A stretch of DNA of 64,000 nucleotides from an uncultured virus (IMG/VR IMGVR_UViG_2648501222_000009) (taxonomy: Duplodnaviria; Heunggongvirae; Uroviricota; Caudoviricetes), in the IMG/VR virus record IMGVR_UViG_2648501222_000009. The stretch is one strand, 5' to 3'. Position numbers and translations under genes: made by a program. This document shows positions 56,833-64,000 of the stretch, piece after piece. The first letter of the stretch is position 1, and every line of letters begins with the position of its first letter. The notes beneath the pieces were generated by a model. That model saw nothing but the letters and a program-made list of their open reading frames with translations, searched no databases and was not told the origin of the DNA.

Positions 56833-57360
56833 TTATCGTGACTTATCTCTTCGCTCTACATCCGCTTTCCGGATATCCATTAACTGCCCGTTCGCCTTAT
56901 CCAGTGCCACCAGCAGAGGCTCTATCCACTCAACCGCTTGGCAGTATGTCAATCGGCGGGTGGCAATGGCACCAGTACCGGTTGTGTCAGTGATACCGGG
57001 AGCGGAACGCATTGCTGATTCACGGATGGCGTAGGCGTGGCTGAGCAGCCCGTCAGAAACAGGCTGAGGGATATACAAATTACAGGTAGACTCTTTCCGG
57101 ATAATGGTACGGTATTCAATCTGCTTCTCCTGTGATTTGGCCTCGATACGCATGCTGCGGTTGGCGTTCGCTGCGGCCACGCGGTCAAAGATATCGATGC
57201 TGGTGTAAGCGTTATCAATCACCTTTTGCTGATCGGTGATTACATCGTTTTTGTGCTGCCCTTCTGATTTTTCAGCCGATAACAGGCTGAACATCCACAG
57301 ACCGAAGAACACGACCGCCCACACCCAGCCGTTGAGCAATACCGTGACTACCCTTTTCAT
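56833..57360 (-). CDS. i-spanin (Rz-like)
   Basis: N-terminal TM and helical periplasmic domain; follows the endolysin. Confidence 0.8.
   Translation of the reverse strand: MKRVVTVLLNGWVWAVVFFGLWMFSLLSAEKSEGQHKNDVITDQQKVIDNAYTSIDIFDRVAAANANRSMRIEAKSQEKQIEYRTIIRKESTCNLYIPQPVSDGLLSHAYAIRESAMRSAPGITDTTGTGAIATRRLTYCQAVEWIEPLLVALDKANGQLMDIRKADVERRDKSR
56949..57119 (-). CDS. Embedded o-spanin (Rz1-like)
   Basis: +1 frame, GGAG RBS plus TTG start, lipobox LTGC, Pro-rich, 56 aa. Confidence 0.75.
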   Translation of the reverse strand: MNTVPLSGKSLPVICISLSLFLTGCSATPTPSVNQQCVPLPVSLTQPVLVPLPPAD

Positions 57361-57515
57361 GGTGCTATACACTCATAGTGGATCACCCCGTCCAGTGGAT
57401 TACCCGGCAGCGGCTTACAGTGAGCCTCAAGTGAATACAGATAACAGCCCGCCAACAGAGCAGTAGTCAGCAGGATGATAGCAATGATGATCAGCGTTAA
57501 AGGGTTCCGTGACAT
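57357..57515 (-). CDS. Small putative lipoprotein in the lysis cassette
   Basis: 52 aa [24 protein letters not shown]...; stop overlaps the Rz ATG. Confidence 0.6.
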   Translation of the reverse strand: MSRNPLTLIIIAIILLTTALLAGCYLYSLEAHCKPLPGNPLDGVIHYECIAP

Positions 57516-57973
57516 ACCGCGTTCTCCGTATCACGCCGGTTAATCAGACCCTGCCACTGCTTACCGCCCGCAAATGTCCAGCGTTTCATTTCTTCACACG
57601 CACCGGCGATATCACCGGCATTCAGTTTGCGCAGCATAGTCGAGCGGGAGAATGCACCGGGTCCGACGTTGTACACAAATGAATAGATAGCCGCGCGGGT
57701 ATTGTCATCAATCGACACTTTGATCATCGGGTCAACCGCACGCCGGACTTTTGTCAGGTCGTCATGAAGCAGCGCCTTACATTCAGCATCCGAATACAAC
57801 TTACCAGGCTGAATATCACTACCGGTATGGCCGTAACATACAGTGAGCACTCCGGCCACATCACGGTAAGGTTTGTACTCAACACCCTCATACGCGGGGA
57901 TCAGCACCAGCGCTCCGGCAATCGCCCCGGCGGCACAAGCGGCCATGACTTTTTTAAATAATCGGTTATTCAT
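57497..57973 (-). CDS. SAR endolysin (GH24, phage 21 R-like)
   Basis: Ala/Gly-rich SAR segment then E-G...YRD..G..TVCYGHT triad. Confidence 0.93.
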   Translation of the reverse strand: MNNRLFKKVMAACAAGAIAGALVLIPAYEGVEYKPYRDVAGVLTVCYGHTGSDIQPGKLYSDAECKALLHDDLTKVRRAVDPMIKVSIDDNTRAAIYSFVYNVGPGAFSRSTMLRKLNAGDIAGACEEMKRWTFAGGKQWQGLINRRDTENAVCHGTL

Positions 57974-58157
57974 GATGTTCTCCGGCTTTCAGCTGGAATT
58001 CCTTCCGTTTGTAATACCAGTTCACCAGGAACGTCCCGACAGTACAGATGATCCCGGCAACAATAGCCCACTGGTCCAGAGATAAAACGCCAAAAGCAGA
58101 GGTTATAAGTCCCCAGGCGTATGCTGTAGGGCTGGAATATTTGTCAGGCATGCGCAT
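57966..58157 (-). CDS. Class II holin/pinholin with dual start
   Basis: MRM start, two TM segments, LVNWYYK motif. Confidence 0.85.
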   Translation of the reverse strand: MRMPDKYSSPTAYAWGLITSAFGVLSLDQWAIVAGIICTVGTFLVNWYYKRKEFQLKAGEHHE

Positions 58158-58362
58158 ATCCACCCCCTGCGGAGTGTTCCGTATGTTGAGTGATAGGGGT
58201 AATGCCGCAACCGGGTTATATGTTTTAAACAGGTTAAAATGAGGTGGCTGCGGCATTGTTCTGGTAATCCCACCAGCGGCGGGAAAGCAATAAAAAGAGC
58301 ACTGTGGCCGAATACGGATTAGGTAATGAGCCTGTCGTATTCCAATGCTCTTGTTGTTGTCA

Positions 58363-58659
58363 TCATGAATACTTGTTTTCAGCCCATTCTTTCCAGTCAA
58401 AGCCGCATTCGCATCTCCCTGCTTTATCCTGATACTCGGCATCCAAACTGCAGACTGGGCAACACGGAACTTCGACGGTAATTTTCGTACCCACCGGCCA
58501 GCGACTGGCTCTGAATGTAACTTCATCTTCAATGCATGATTCCATGTCACCATCACACAGCATCTCAATAAATGGGCGATGTTCGTTGCAGGATTCACCA
58601 GAATAGACATCGGCTTTTACTTCACCCCATGAGACTGCCTTATATGTTGTTTCGCTCAT
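58363..58659 (-). CDS. Cys-rich hypothetical protein
   Basis: 98 aa; CPVC...CECGFDW. Confidence 0.65.
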   Translation of the reverse strand: MSETTYKAVSWGEVKADVYSGESCNEHRPFIEMLCDGDMESCIEDEVTFRASRWPVGTKITVEVPCCPVCSLDAEYQDKAGRCECGFDWKEWAENKYS

Positions 58660-58751
58660 CTCTGAATGCCTTTTCTTAATTGGAAATAAAAAGCCGCACA
58701 CAGCTCTTGTGTTAAGTGATAACGAGGTGATTGATGCTGTGGCGGCGTATA

Positions 58752-58826
58752 TGGAGCATCTGGTCGGAATCGAACCGACATATTTTGGTTGGAAGCCAAA
58801 CGTGTTTACCAAATCACTACAGATGC
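58752..58826 (-). tRNA. tRNA-Gly (anticodon UCC)
   Basis: Acceptor GCATCTG/CAGATGC, anticodon arm TTTGG-CTTCCAA-CCAAA, T arm GTCGG-TTCGATT-CCGAC, encoded CCA. Confidence 0.9.
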
Positions 58827-59152
58827 AAAAACAAAAAAGACCGCACATAGCGACCTTTGGGATGCTGGACTCGCGTAGCGAATCCGTACGCGCAATGTAC
58901 CCGTGGCACATGCGTTATGTGAACTATCCGGAAATTCCGGAGAGTTGAAATAATTGTGGAGGAATACGCTGAGAGTGCATGCGTTCAGGTTCCCCATGGC
59001 GTGTGTGCTTCTATCCTGATAAGTACAGTAGCCCATGCGAGTTAGCCGATCAGCCTCGGCATTCTCCACAATGGAAAGGTAACTCCCAGCTTTGCGTGTG
59101 GATTTCAAGAGCGGCAGGCCTACCACTTGAAGTTACCTTACCATTGCAGATA

Positions 59153-59176
59153 TGAAAAAGCCCTCCGGAGAGGGCT
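59153..59176 (-). terminator. tR'-like terminator
   Basis: AGCCCTC-TCCG-GAGGGCT followed by a T run, about 200 nt after pR'. Confidence 0.75.
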
Positions 59177-59381
59177 GTTATGCATGCTTCGACACAAGGC
59201 CGGTTTCCCTCCGATGTGCGCCGTTTACTTACTTCCTCGCTCTGCATTCTTTCGACCTCTCAGCCGATTTGGTTCGAGTTCCAGCCCTGCGGCGAAGTGA
59301 CGAACTAGGAGGTATCGATAACAGGAGCCGCCTCTTTTACCCTGTTACCTGCTCTTGCTTTAACTGCCCGAGCATATCACA

Positions 59382-59409
59382 AATATACACATCAATAACT
59401 TTTTTTCAA
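59382..59409 (-). promoter_or_regulatory. pR'-like late promoter
   Basis: TTGAAA-16-TATATT at the 3' end of the Q-like gene. Confidence 0.6.
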
Positions 59410-60035
59410 GTTATTTTTGATATATTTTCTGAAAAATCTCCTTTTGTTACACGCTCTTTGGCTATTTCATCCTGCATAACCATGTAGACCTTTGCATTAA
59501 ATAAACTAATGCACCACCTAACCCGATCTGTGCATTGTTTTATCGTTAGCCACGGAGCTATTCTTTCCTGCATATAATTTGCGAGATTTTGCATTGTTTC
59601 TCTGTGAAGATAGTAATCAGTAGCGATTACATATACGGGATTGGTTTTATCGAAGGCTTTCAATATTGATTTTTCGACAAAGTCAGCTTCATCTACATCG
59701 TTGGCGCGCTGGAACATGTTGCTGAGTGATTGTTTAGGAAATAATATTGATTGCGCCTTCTTCAGTAATTCCTCTCCCTTATATCCAAGTTTTCGAAGAG
59801 AGTTAAAGGCATCGGTAAACCTATCCAGATTTTCCACAGACCAGCCCGTTAAAAATCGCCATACACCACCACATCCTCCATAGCCAGGGCTATCACTACC
59901 CCGCATTTCATCAGCCCACACGGTGATAATGGCTCTGACCCACCGGTCTTGCGCCGGAGTTAATTGCCGCGCCTTCCCGAGGTGAGATTTTCTTGGTGAA
60001 TTAGCAACTGCCGTATAAGAAACACTATCTCTCAT
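59406..60035 (-). CDS. Late antiterminator Q-like protein
   Basis: Position after ninG/ninH; LTPAQDRWV..W and DYY patterns resemble Q21-type proteins. Confidence 0.7.
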   Translation of the reverse strand: MRDSVSYTAVANSPRKSHLGKARQLTPAQDRWVRAIITVWADEMRGSDSPGYGGCGGVWRFLTGWSVENLDRFTDAFNSLRKLGYKGEELLKKAQSILFPKQSLSNMFQRANDVDEADFVEKSILKAFDKTNPVYVIATDYYLHRETMQNLANYMQERIAPWLTIKQCTDRVRWCISLFNAKVYMVMQDEIAKERVTKGDFSENISKIT

Positions 60036-60232
60036 TTCTCTTTCCCCTGGTTGCCTTTCATCTTGGATTTGGTCATCAACACGCCGTTGTAGATAACGTG
60101 CATTTCACACCTGGTATCACGGTGAAACTTCCTGACCGTATGCCGGTTTACTCCCAACTCGTTCGCCAGTGCAGTCTGATTCCCGTAGTGCTTAACCAGC
60201 ATTTCCGGTATCGATGTGATTTCAGGTCGCAT
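60032..60232 (-). CDS. ninH: NinH-like protein
   Basis: SIPEMLVKHYGNQTALA..H.IYNGVLM motif. Confidence 0.85.
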   Translation of the reverse strand: MRPEITSIPEMLVKHYGNQTALANELGVNRHTVRKFHRDTRCEMHVIYNGVLMTKSKMKGNQGKEK

Positions 60233-60815
60233 TCTTCAGCTCCTTCAGTTTCCGCCGGTACTCATCCCGGATCCGCTCGTAGTCCTCCCGTTTCCACTTC
60301 GGCAACTCATGCACACCCATCAGGCAGTCGAAACGTTCCTGACCGATTTTCTCAATTAGCCGCGGCGTGTAATTTTCGATGTTTCCCGATAGATGGTTAT
60401 TACATGGGGCGCATTGCTTATGGACGTTATCCTCATCAAACCGCAGTTCCGGATTAGCTCCGGTGGTTCGGTAGTGCCCGGCGTGATACTGCCCTGTGTG
60501 GTGACGGCCGCAACTGATGCACGGAAGGTCTTTATCTCTTTCCCGAATGTATGCGTTGAATGCGGTCTGTGCTTGCTTTGCGAAATATGAGAGGGGTTTT
60601 ACTGCTAACTTTCGGATTTTTAACTTATCTTTTGCTTCACGTTTTTTCTGCTGCTGCTCCTTTTTTAGTTTGGCCTCAGCCTTTTCCCTTTCCCTGCTTC
60701 GTCGCTTTATTGCCAACTCAGCACCATGCTCAGGACTGCACCACCATTCGTTACTGAATTTCGGGTGAAACCATGCCCGGCATATCAGGCACTTTCGCCG
60801 TGATTGCTTTACCAC
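60222..60815 (-). CDS. ninG: NinG/Rap recombination endonuclease
   Basis: FNAYIRERD..PCISCG, HAGHY and LRFDEDNVHKQC..CN motifs. Confidence 0.93.
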   Translation of the reverse strand: MVKQSRRKCLICRAWFHPKFSNEWWCSPEHGAELAIKRRSREREKAEAKLKKEQQQKKREAKDKLKIRKLAVKPLSYFAKQAQTAFNAYIRERDKDLPCISCGRHHTGQYHAGHYRTTGANPELRFDEDNVHKQCAPCNNHLSGNIENYTPRLIEKIGQERFDCLMGVHELPKWKREDYERIRDEYRRKLKELKNAT

Positions 60816-60823
60816 ATTTCACC

Positions 60824-60991
60824 TCACGATAAACTGATGCCGATAGCCAGAACGAACAACACCCAGCACAATACGAATGGGATATATCGTGTCGCCTGTT
60901 CAATGCCGTCCCGTTTATGCGATCCGCCGGTATTATTTTCACTTTTTGGATATTTGTGTTTATGCATGTACTTACTCCTTCTTCTCGGCAT
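60824..60991 (-). CDS. Small basic protein with C-terminal TM segment
   Basis: 55 aa, TGATG-coupled to ninF. Confidence 0.55.
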   Translation of the reverse strand: MPRRRSKYMHKHKYPKSENNTGGSHKRDGIEQATRYIPFVLCWVLFVLAIGISLS

Positions 60992-61182
60992 CACCATCTC
61001 CTTTTGCTCTGCATTTCTACAGATGGCATATTTTCAAACATAACCGGTGCCGCTTTGATTAACGCGTTCGTGCAATCACGGATCTTCTCGACTACTTCCA
61101 GATGCGGGCATTCACCGGCGCACTGGTCGCACACATAAACTTCATCGTCGTCCAGTTCTTTACTGCACAGTTGGCATTCCAC
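60991..61182 (-). CDS. ninF: NinF-like zinc finger protein
   Basis: CQLCSKEL..DEVYVCDQCA motif. Confidence 0.7.
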   Translation of the reverse strand: MECQLCSKELDDDEVYVCDQCAGECPHLEVVEKIRDCTNALIKAAPVMFENMPSVEMQSKRRW

Positions 61183-61576
61183 GGCGCACCCCCATCAGCA
61201 ACGAATCAAAACGCTTTAAGAACGCGCTGCCCATCCCTTTCACATTGGCTTTTTTCACCACTTTCCCACCGGTGAAATTCAGCTTCGGGTATTTATCGAA
61301 AACATCATCATCCGGCTCAAATGCGAACCGCTCCATCCCTCGCCATGATTCCAGTTTTTCATTTGCCATCGGGTCAATAACATAAAGCCCTTTATTAAGA
61401 ACCTTCGGCAATTTATGAATAATTCCCATCCTCACCATTTCAGCGATCTTTGCTCTTGCGGTGACATCAGCGTAGCCGGTGGCATCAGCAACATCCTGAG
61501 ACGTAAAAGATTTTTTGTTGCGAAAAACACTGATGATGAAATCAAATTGCATATACATATTGTTTGTCATCGCCAC
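61160..61576 (-). CDS. Hypothetical winged-HTH protein
   Basis: FTSQDVADATG..TAR motif. Confidence 0.6.
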   Translation of the reverse strand: MAMTNNMYMQFDFIISVFRNKKSFTSQDVADATGYADVTARAKIAEMVRMGIIHKLPKVLNKGLYVIDPMANEKLESWRGMERFAFEPDDDVFDKYPKLNFTGGKVVKKANVKGMGSAFLKRFDSLLMGVRRGMPTVQ

Positions 61577-61764
61577 ATCCTGCTAACCATTGCTCGTGGT
61601 GTCGGTTTCAGATATTTGACGACCGGCAGATACACGGCAACGTCGAAATACTGAGGATTGATATTCAGTGACTTCACCGGGTTATATCCTTTGCGCCTGT
61701 AGTGAGTGCAGAGGTTATCGGCTTCGTCATTGGTGAGAAGCTGGTGTATGTGAGGTTCTTTCAT
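61567..61764 (-). CDS. Hypothetical nin-region protein
   Basis: GGAG RBS; overlap-coupled. Confidence 0.65.
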   Translation of the reverse strand: MKEPHIHQLLTNDEADNLCTHYRRKGYNPVKSLNINPQYFDVAVYLPVVKYLKPTPRAMVSRMWR

Positions 61765-61775
61765 GCGTCCTGCTC

Positions 61776-62219
61776 CTATTCCTGATGCCCGTAATAATTG
61801 AAGCTGTATCGCGTTGTGCGAGGTTTTACGCCTTCACCTACAGCCCACGCCTGCGAATACTCTATTAAGCTTGTCATGCGCTTTTTACCCATGTTCGCGG
61901 TGCTCTCTCTCGCCAGCGGTACAATCTCGCCTTCTAGCCCCGTAATTAACTTCCCGTCCTTGCCGGTTGCCTTTGCGTGCCCGGAGACGAAAATACATTT
62001 CCAGTCCTGCAACTCCCACGTACTGCCAGCCCATACAATGCCCTGCTCTGCTACGTTGCCGCACAGCGCATGAAACATGTCATTTTGGGGAAGGGTTCGC
62101 TTTGGATCTGAGATTTTTACTTCGAGGGGGAATTCTTCGTTTAGCGGGAGACTGTCGAGTGCTGCCTTAAGGTTTCTGAGTATCTGCGCATTCCTGAGTA
62201 GGAATGTCTGTTTTTGCAT
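61776..62219 (-). CDS. ninB: NinB/Orf recombination protein
   Basis: KRTLPQNDMFHA, DWKCIF, GLEGE and LIEY motifs. Confidence 0.9.
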   Translation of the reverse strand: MQKQTFLLRNAQILRNLKAALDSLPLNEEFPLEVKISDPKRTLPQNDMFHALCGNVAEQGIVWAGSTWELQDWKCIFVSGHAKATGKDGKLITGLEGEIVPLARESTANMGKKRMTSLIEYSQAWAVGEGVKPRTTRYSFNYYGHQE

Positions 62220-62228
62220 TTAGCCTCC

Positions 62229-62486
62229 CTATTCCTCCGGCCTGCGATACATGAAAACAACCAAGCCGCCTTTTGTTGTAATCTTCAGGTCATCTCCGGG
62301 CTTCATGTCGCCAAGCTCATAGGCATCATACAGCTCGTTTATCGCCGCCTGCTTACGGTCTTTTTCCTTACGCTTTAATGCCTTCCTGAATATCAGATTC
62401 AGAAACCACTCGACTGATTTTGCGATAATCCAAAAATAACCCACTGCCATCAGGCCGATGGTCGCGTATTTGATAATTTCATCCAT
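62229..62486 (-). CDS. Small membrane protein
   Basis: N-terminal TM segment, GGGG RBS. Confidence 0.65.
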   Translation of the reverse strand: MDEIIKYATIGLMAVGYFWIIAKSVEWFLNLIFRKALKRKEKDRKQAAINELYDAYELGDMKPGDDLKITTKGGLVVFMYRRPEE

Positions 62487-62489
62487 CCC

Positions 62490-62687
62490 CTACTCCTTCT
62501 CACATTGTGGTGCTCTGCGGTTCCAGGCGGTGATTGCTTCATCCTCATCAAACCGCTTAACCCTCACGCCGCATTCGTCACAGGCAACACCGTACAACGT
62601 CAGGCCGTGGCTGCTGGGGCTGTGTATCGTGATATCAACACATCCGCAAAACGGACACGGTTTAAGTTTCTGTGTTTTCTCTGTCAT
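62490..62687 (-). CDS. Lar-family restriction alleviation protein
   Basis: LKPCPFCG...CDECG...AITAWNRR motif. Confidence 0.85.
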   Translation of the reverse strand: MTEKTQKLKPCPFCGCVDITIHSPSSHGLTLYGVACDECGVRVKRFDEDEAITAWNRRAPQCEKE

Positions 62688-62765
62688 ATCAGCATTCCCA
62701 CCATCCATATTTTCTTTTTGCGGAAGATATAAGCTCCCGCCAAACATCCTGTGTTTTCTCTGTCA

Positions 62766-62870
62766 TCACTGCACCCTCACAAAGCTGTATGGGCGATTGC
62801 ACTTAATGCAGGTCACTTCGCCAATCATACGGGCACGTCTGCCGCACCCTAAGCATATAAATTTACACAT
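62766..62870 (-). CDS. 34-aa zinc-finger microprotein
   Basis: MCKFICLGCGRR..CIKCNRP; TGATG coupling at both ends; GGAGG RBS. Confidence 0.5.
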   Translation of the reverse strand: MCKFICLGCGRRARMIGEVTCIKCNRPYSFVRVQ

Positions 62871-63051
62871 CACTCCTCCGGTGGTTGTGGCTTCCAGTGG
62901 GTTACATTGCCGATTATGTGATTAAAAAAACCAGATCGATGAATAAATTCTGATTCAGTAAAAAGCAATCGATCACCCACCCATCTTTATCCCTGACCAT
63001 CACATTCGTATATCGGCCAGGCATTCTTTCCGAGCACTTAATCCATTCCAT
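62870..63051 (-). pseudogene. DUF551-like protein, frameshifted
   Basis: MEWIKCSERMP start; the VTHWKPQPPE end is in another frame. Confidence 0.7.
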
Positions 63052-63247
63052 CTTCATCTCCTTTTGGCGGTGTCTGGTACGGCAGTCTGCTGCGAACTCC
63101 GGCCACCCATGCCCGATATCTTTTTTCAATTTCTTTGTGTGCATAATTCCAATACCCGAATTGATCTTCCCGCCTGAAGCTCGTGATGAGATTGACGGGG
63201 CGGCCAGTTTCTTCCGCACACCACTTTTCAAAATCCGTTGGTTCCAT
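63038..63247 (-). CDS. Hypothetical nin-region protein
   Basis: DFEKWC...AWVAG; AGGA RBS. Confidence 0.65.
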   Translation of the reverse strand: MEPTDFEKWCAEETGRPVNLITSFRREDQFGYWNYAHKEIEKRYRAWVAGVRSRLPYQTPPKGDEDGMD

Positions 63248-63265
63248 AATCAAAAGTCCTCCCTG

Positions 63266-63433
63266 TTAATTCCCGTAACTTACTTTCAGACTGCCGGATA
63301 TCAATACGACCACAATCAGCAGCCATCCCCACCCGTCTTTACCGTGGTAAATCAGGAAGGCCACAGATAAAAACCCGGTAATCGGAACAAGACAAACAAA
63401 CAAGGTTCCAAGAATGTCTCTCAGGTATTCCAT
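63266..63433 (-). CDS. Small two-TM membrane protein
   Basis: 55 aa, GKDGWGWLL; AGGA RBS. Confidence 0.6.
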   Translation of the reverse strand: MEYLRDILGTLFVCLVPITGFLSVAFLIYHGKDGWGWLLIVVVLISGSLKVSYGN

Positions 63434-63520
63434 AATCAAAAGTCCTTCTGTCTTGGGTTATGCCGCGCCGGTGGTTCGGCACGCTGATAAATCCCCGGAC
63501 ACTTCCCCCGCAGGAAGCAT

Positions 63521-63787
63521 CTACCGGATATTAATGTTTGATTTTTTACTTGCTACCTGTATGAAATAACGCAATAAATCGACTGTCATCCATTGCTTTT
63601 CTGTGAGGTGGTATACCCATGAAATCAGTTTCTCTGCTGTATTGCAGACCTCAATATTGATTTCATAATTATTAATTTCGTCGTCACTTAGACGAAAAAC
63701 GAAGTAGTTACCTTCAACTGTTAAAATCTTGCTCAATTCTTCGTATTTGGCTTTAACTTCACCGGTATCCATTTGTTTTAAACTCAT
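63521..63787 (-). CDS. Hypothetical protein
   Basis: 88 aa, AT-rich, ATGA-coupled to the helicase. Confidence 0.65.
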   Translation of the reverse strand: MSLKQMDTGEVKAKYEELSKILTVEGNYFVFRLSDDEINNYEINIEVCNTAEKLISWVYHLTEKQWMTVDLLRYFIQVASKKSNINIR

Positions 63788-64000
63788 ACATCTGCTCCTT
63801 TAAATCTGCGTTGTGCTGGCTGGCTGCTCTGCTGACAGATATTTGCGGCCATAGCCTGGTCCGTATCGAGAAAGTGCCCGTCTTTGAATAGCTGATACAC
63901 GGTCCCTAATTTCCCGAATCGGTTCTTTGTTACGATAATTTCAGCATAGTTCGCTGCGGGGGAGTTCTCATTATACACGCCGTCCCGGTACAGCATGATG
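63784..64000 (-). CDS. Phage DnaB-like replicative helicase, C-terminal part
   Basis: [17 protein letters not shown] motif; continues beyond the window. Confidence 0.88.
   Translation of the reverse strand, partial: IMLYRDGVYNENSPAANYAEIIVTKNRFGKLGTVYQLFKDGHFLDTDQAMAANICQQSSQPAQRRFKGADV

Noticed and set aside
56833..57119. Possible frameshift fusing Rz to an o-spanin C-terminus
   Set aside because: A 56-aa Pro-rich lipoprotein fully embedded in the +1 frame is the normal lambda Rz/Rz1 layout; no lesion is needed.
57966..58911. 214-aa holin and 182-aa upstream ORFs as called by the track
   Set aside because: The extensions run through a tRNA and hairpin modules; better-supported starts are at 58157 and 58659.
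58954..59071. Second tRNA (ends in CCA on the minus strand)
   Set aside because: No T-loop TTCGA or canonical cloverleaf; kept only as a stem-loop module.

Overview
The window holds two nested prophages from an enterobacterium; the host cannot be fixed from the sequence alone. The outer element is a lambdoid cos-type prophage on the minus strand. It runs from a DnaB-like helicase through nin genes, Q, a tRNA-Gly plus hairpin cluster, a lysis cassette, cos, a lambda-like head and a Mu-like contractile tail to a tail fibre, Tfa and a convergent HolE homologue. Its tail sheath gene is split by a nominally 34,251-bp B3/BcepMu-type transposable prophage (10989-45239) with TG...CA ends, a 6-bp target duplication GTTTTC and matching end motifs. 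The inner phage has a Mu-like head, P2-like tail, central repressor/Ner switch, DNA adenine methylase, transposase A/B, GemA, Mor and a Hin-like invertase with a Fis enhancer. The most notable observation is three hix/gix-type crossover sites, each at an assembly gap: two flank the inner fibre cassette and one lies in frame inside the outer phage's fibre gene, suggesting one invertase may shuffle receptor-binding modules across both prophages. Also read directly from the sequence are a precisely spaced late-promoter motif (4 copies, one probably bidirectional), a lambda-spaced cosQ/cosN with GGGACA repeats, two different tail-chaperone frameshifts and an array of long stem-loops after pR'. Family calls come from recalled motifs and synteny; no database search was run.
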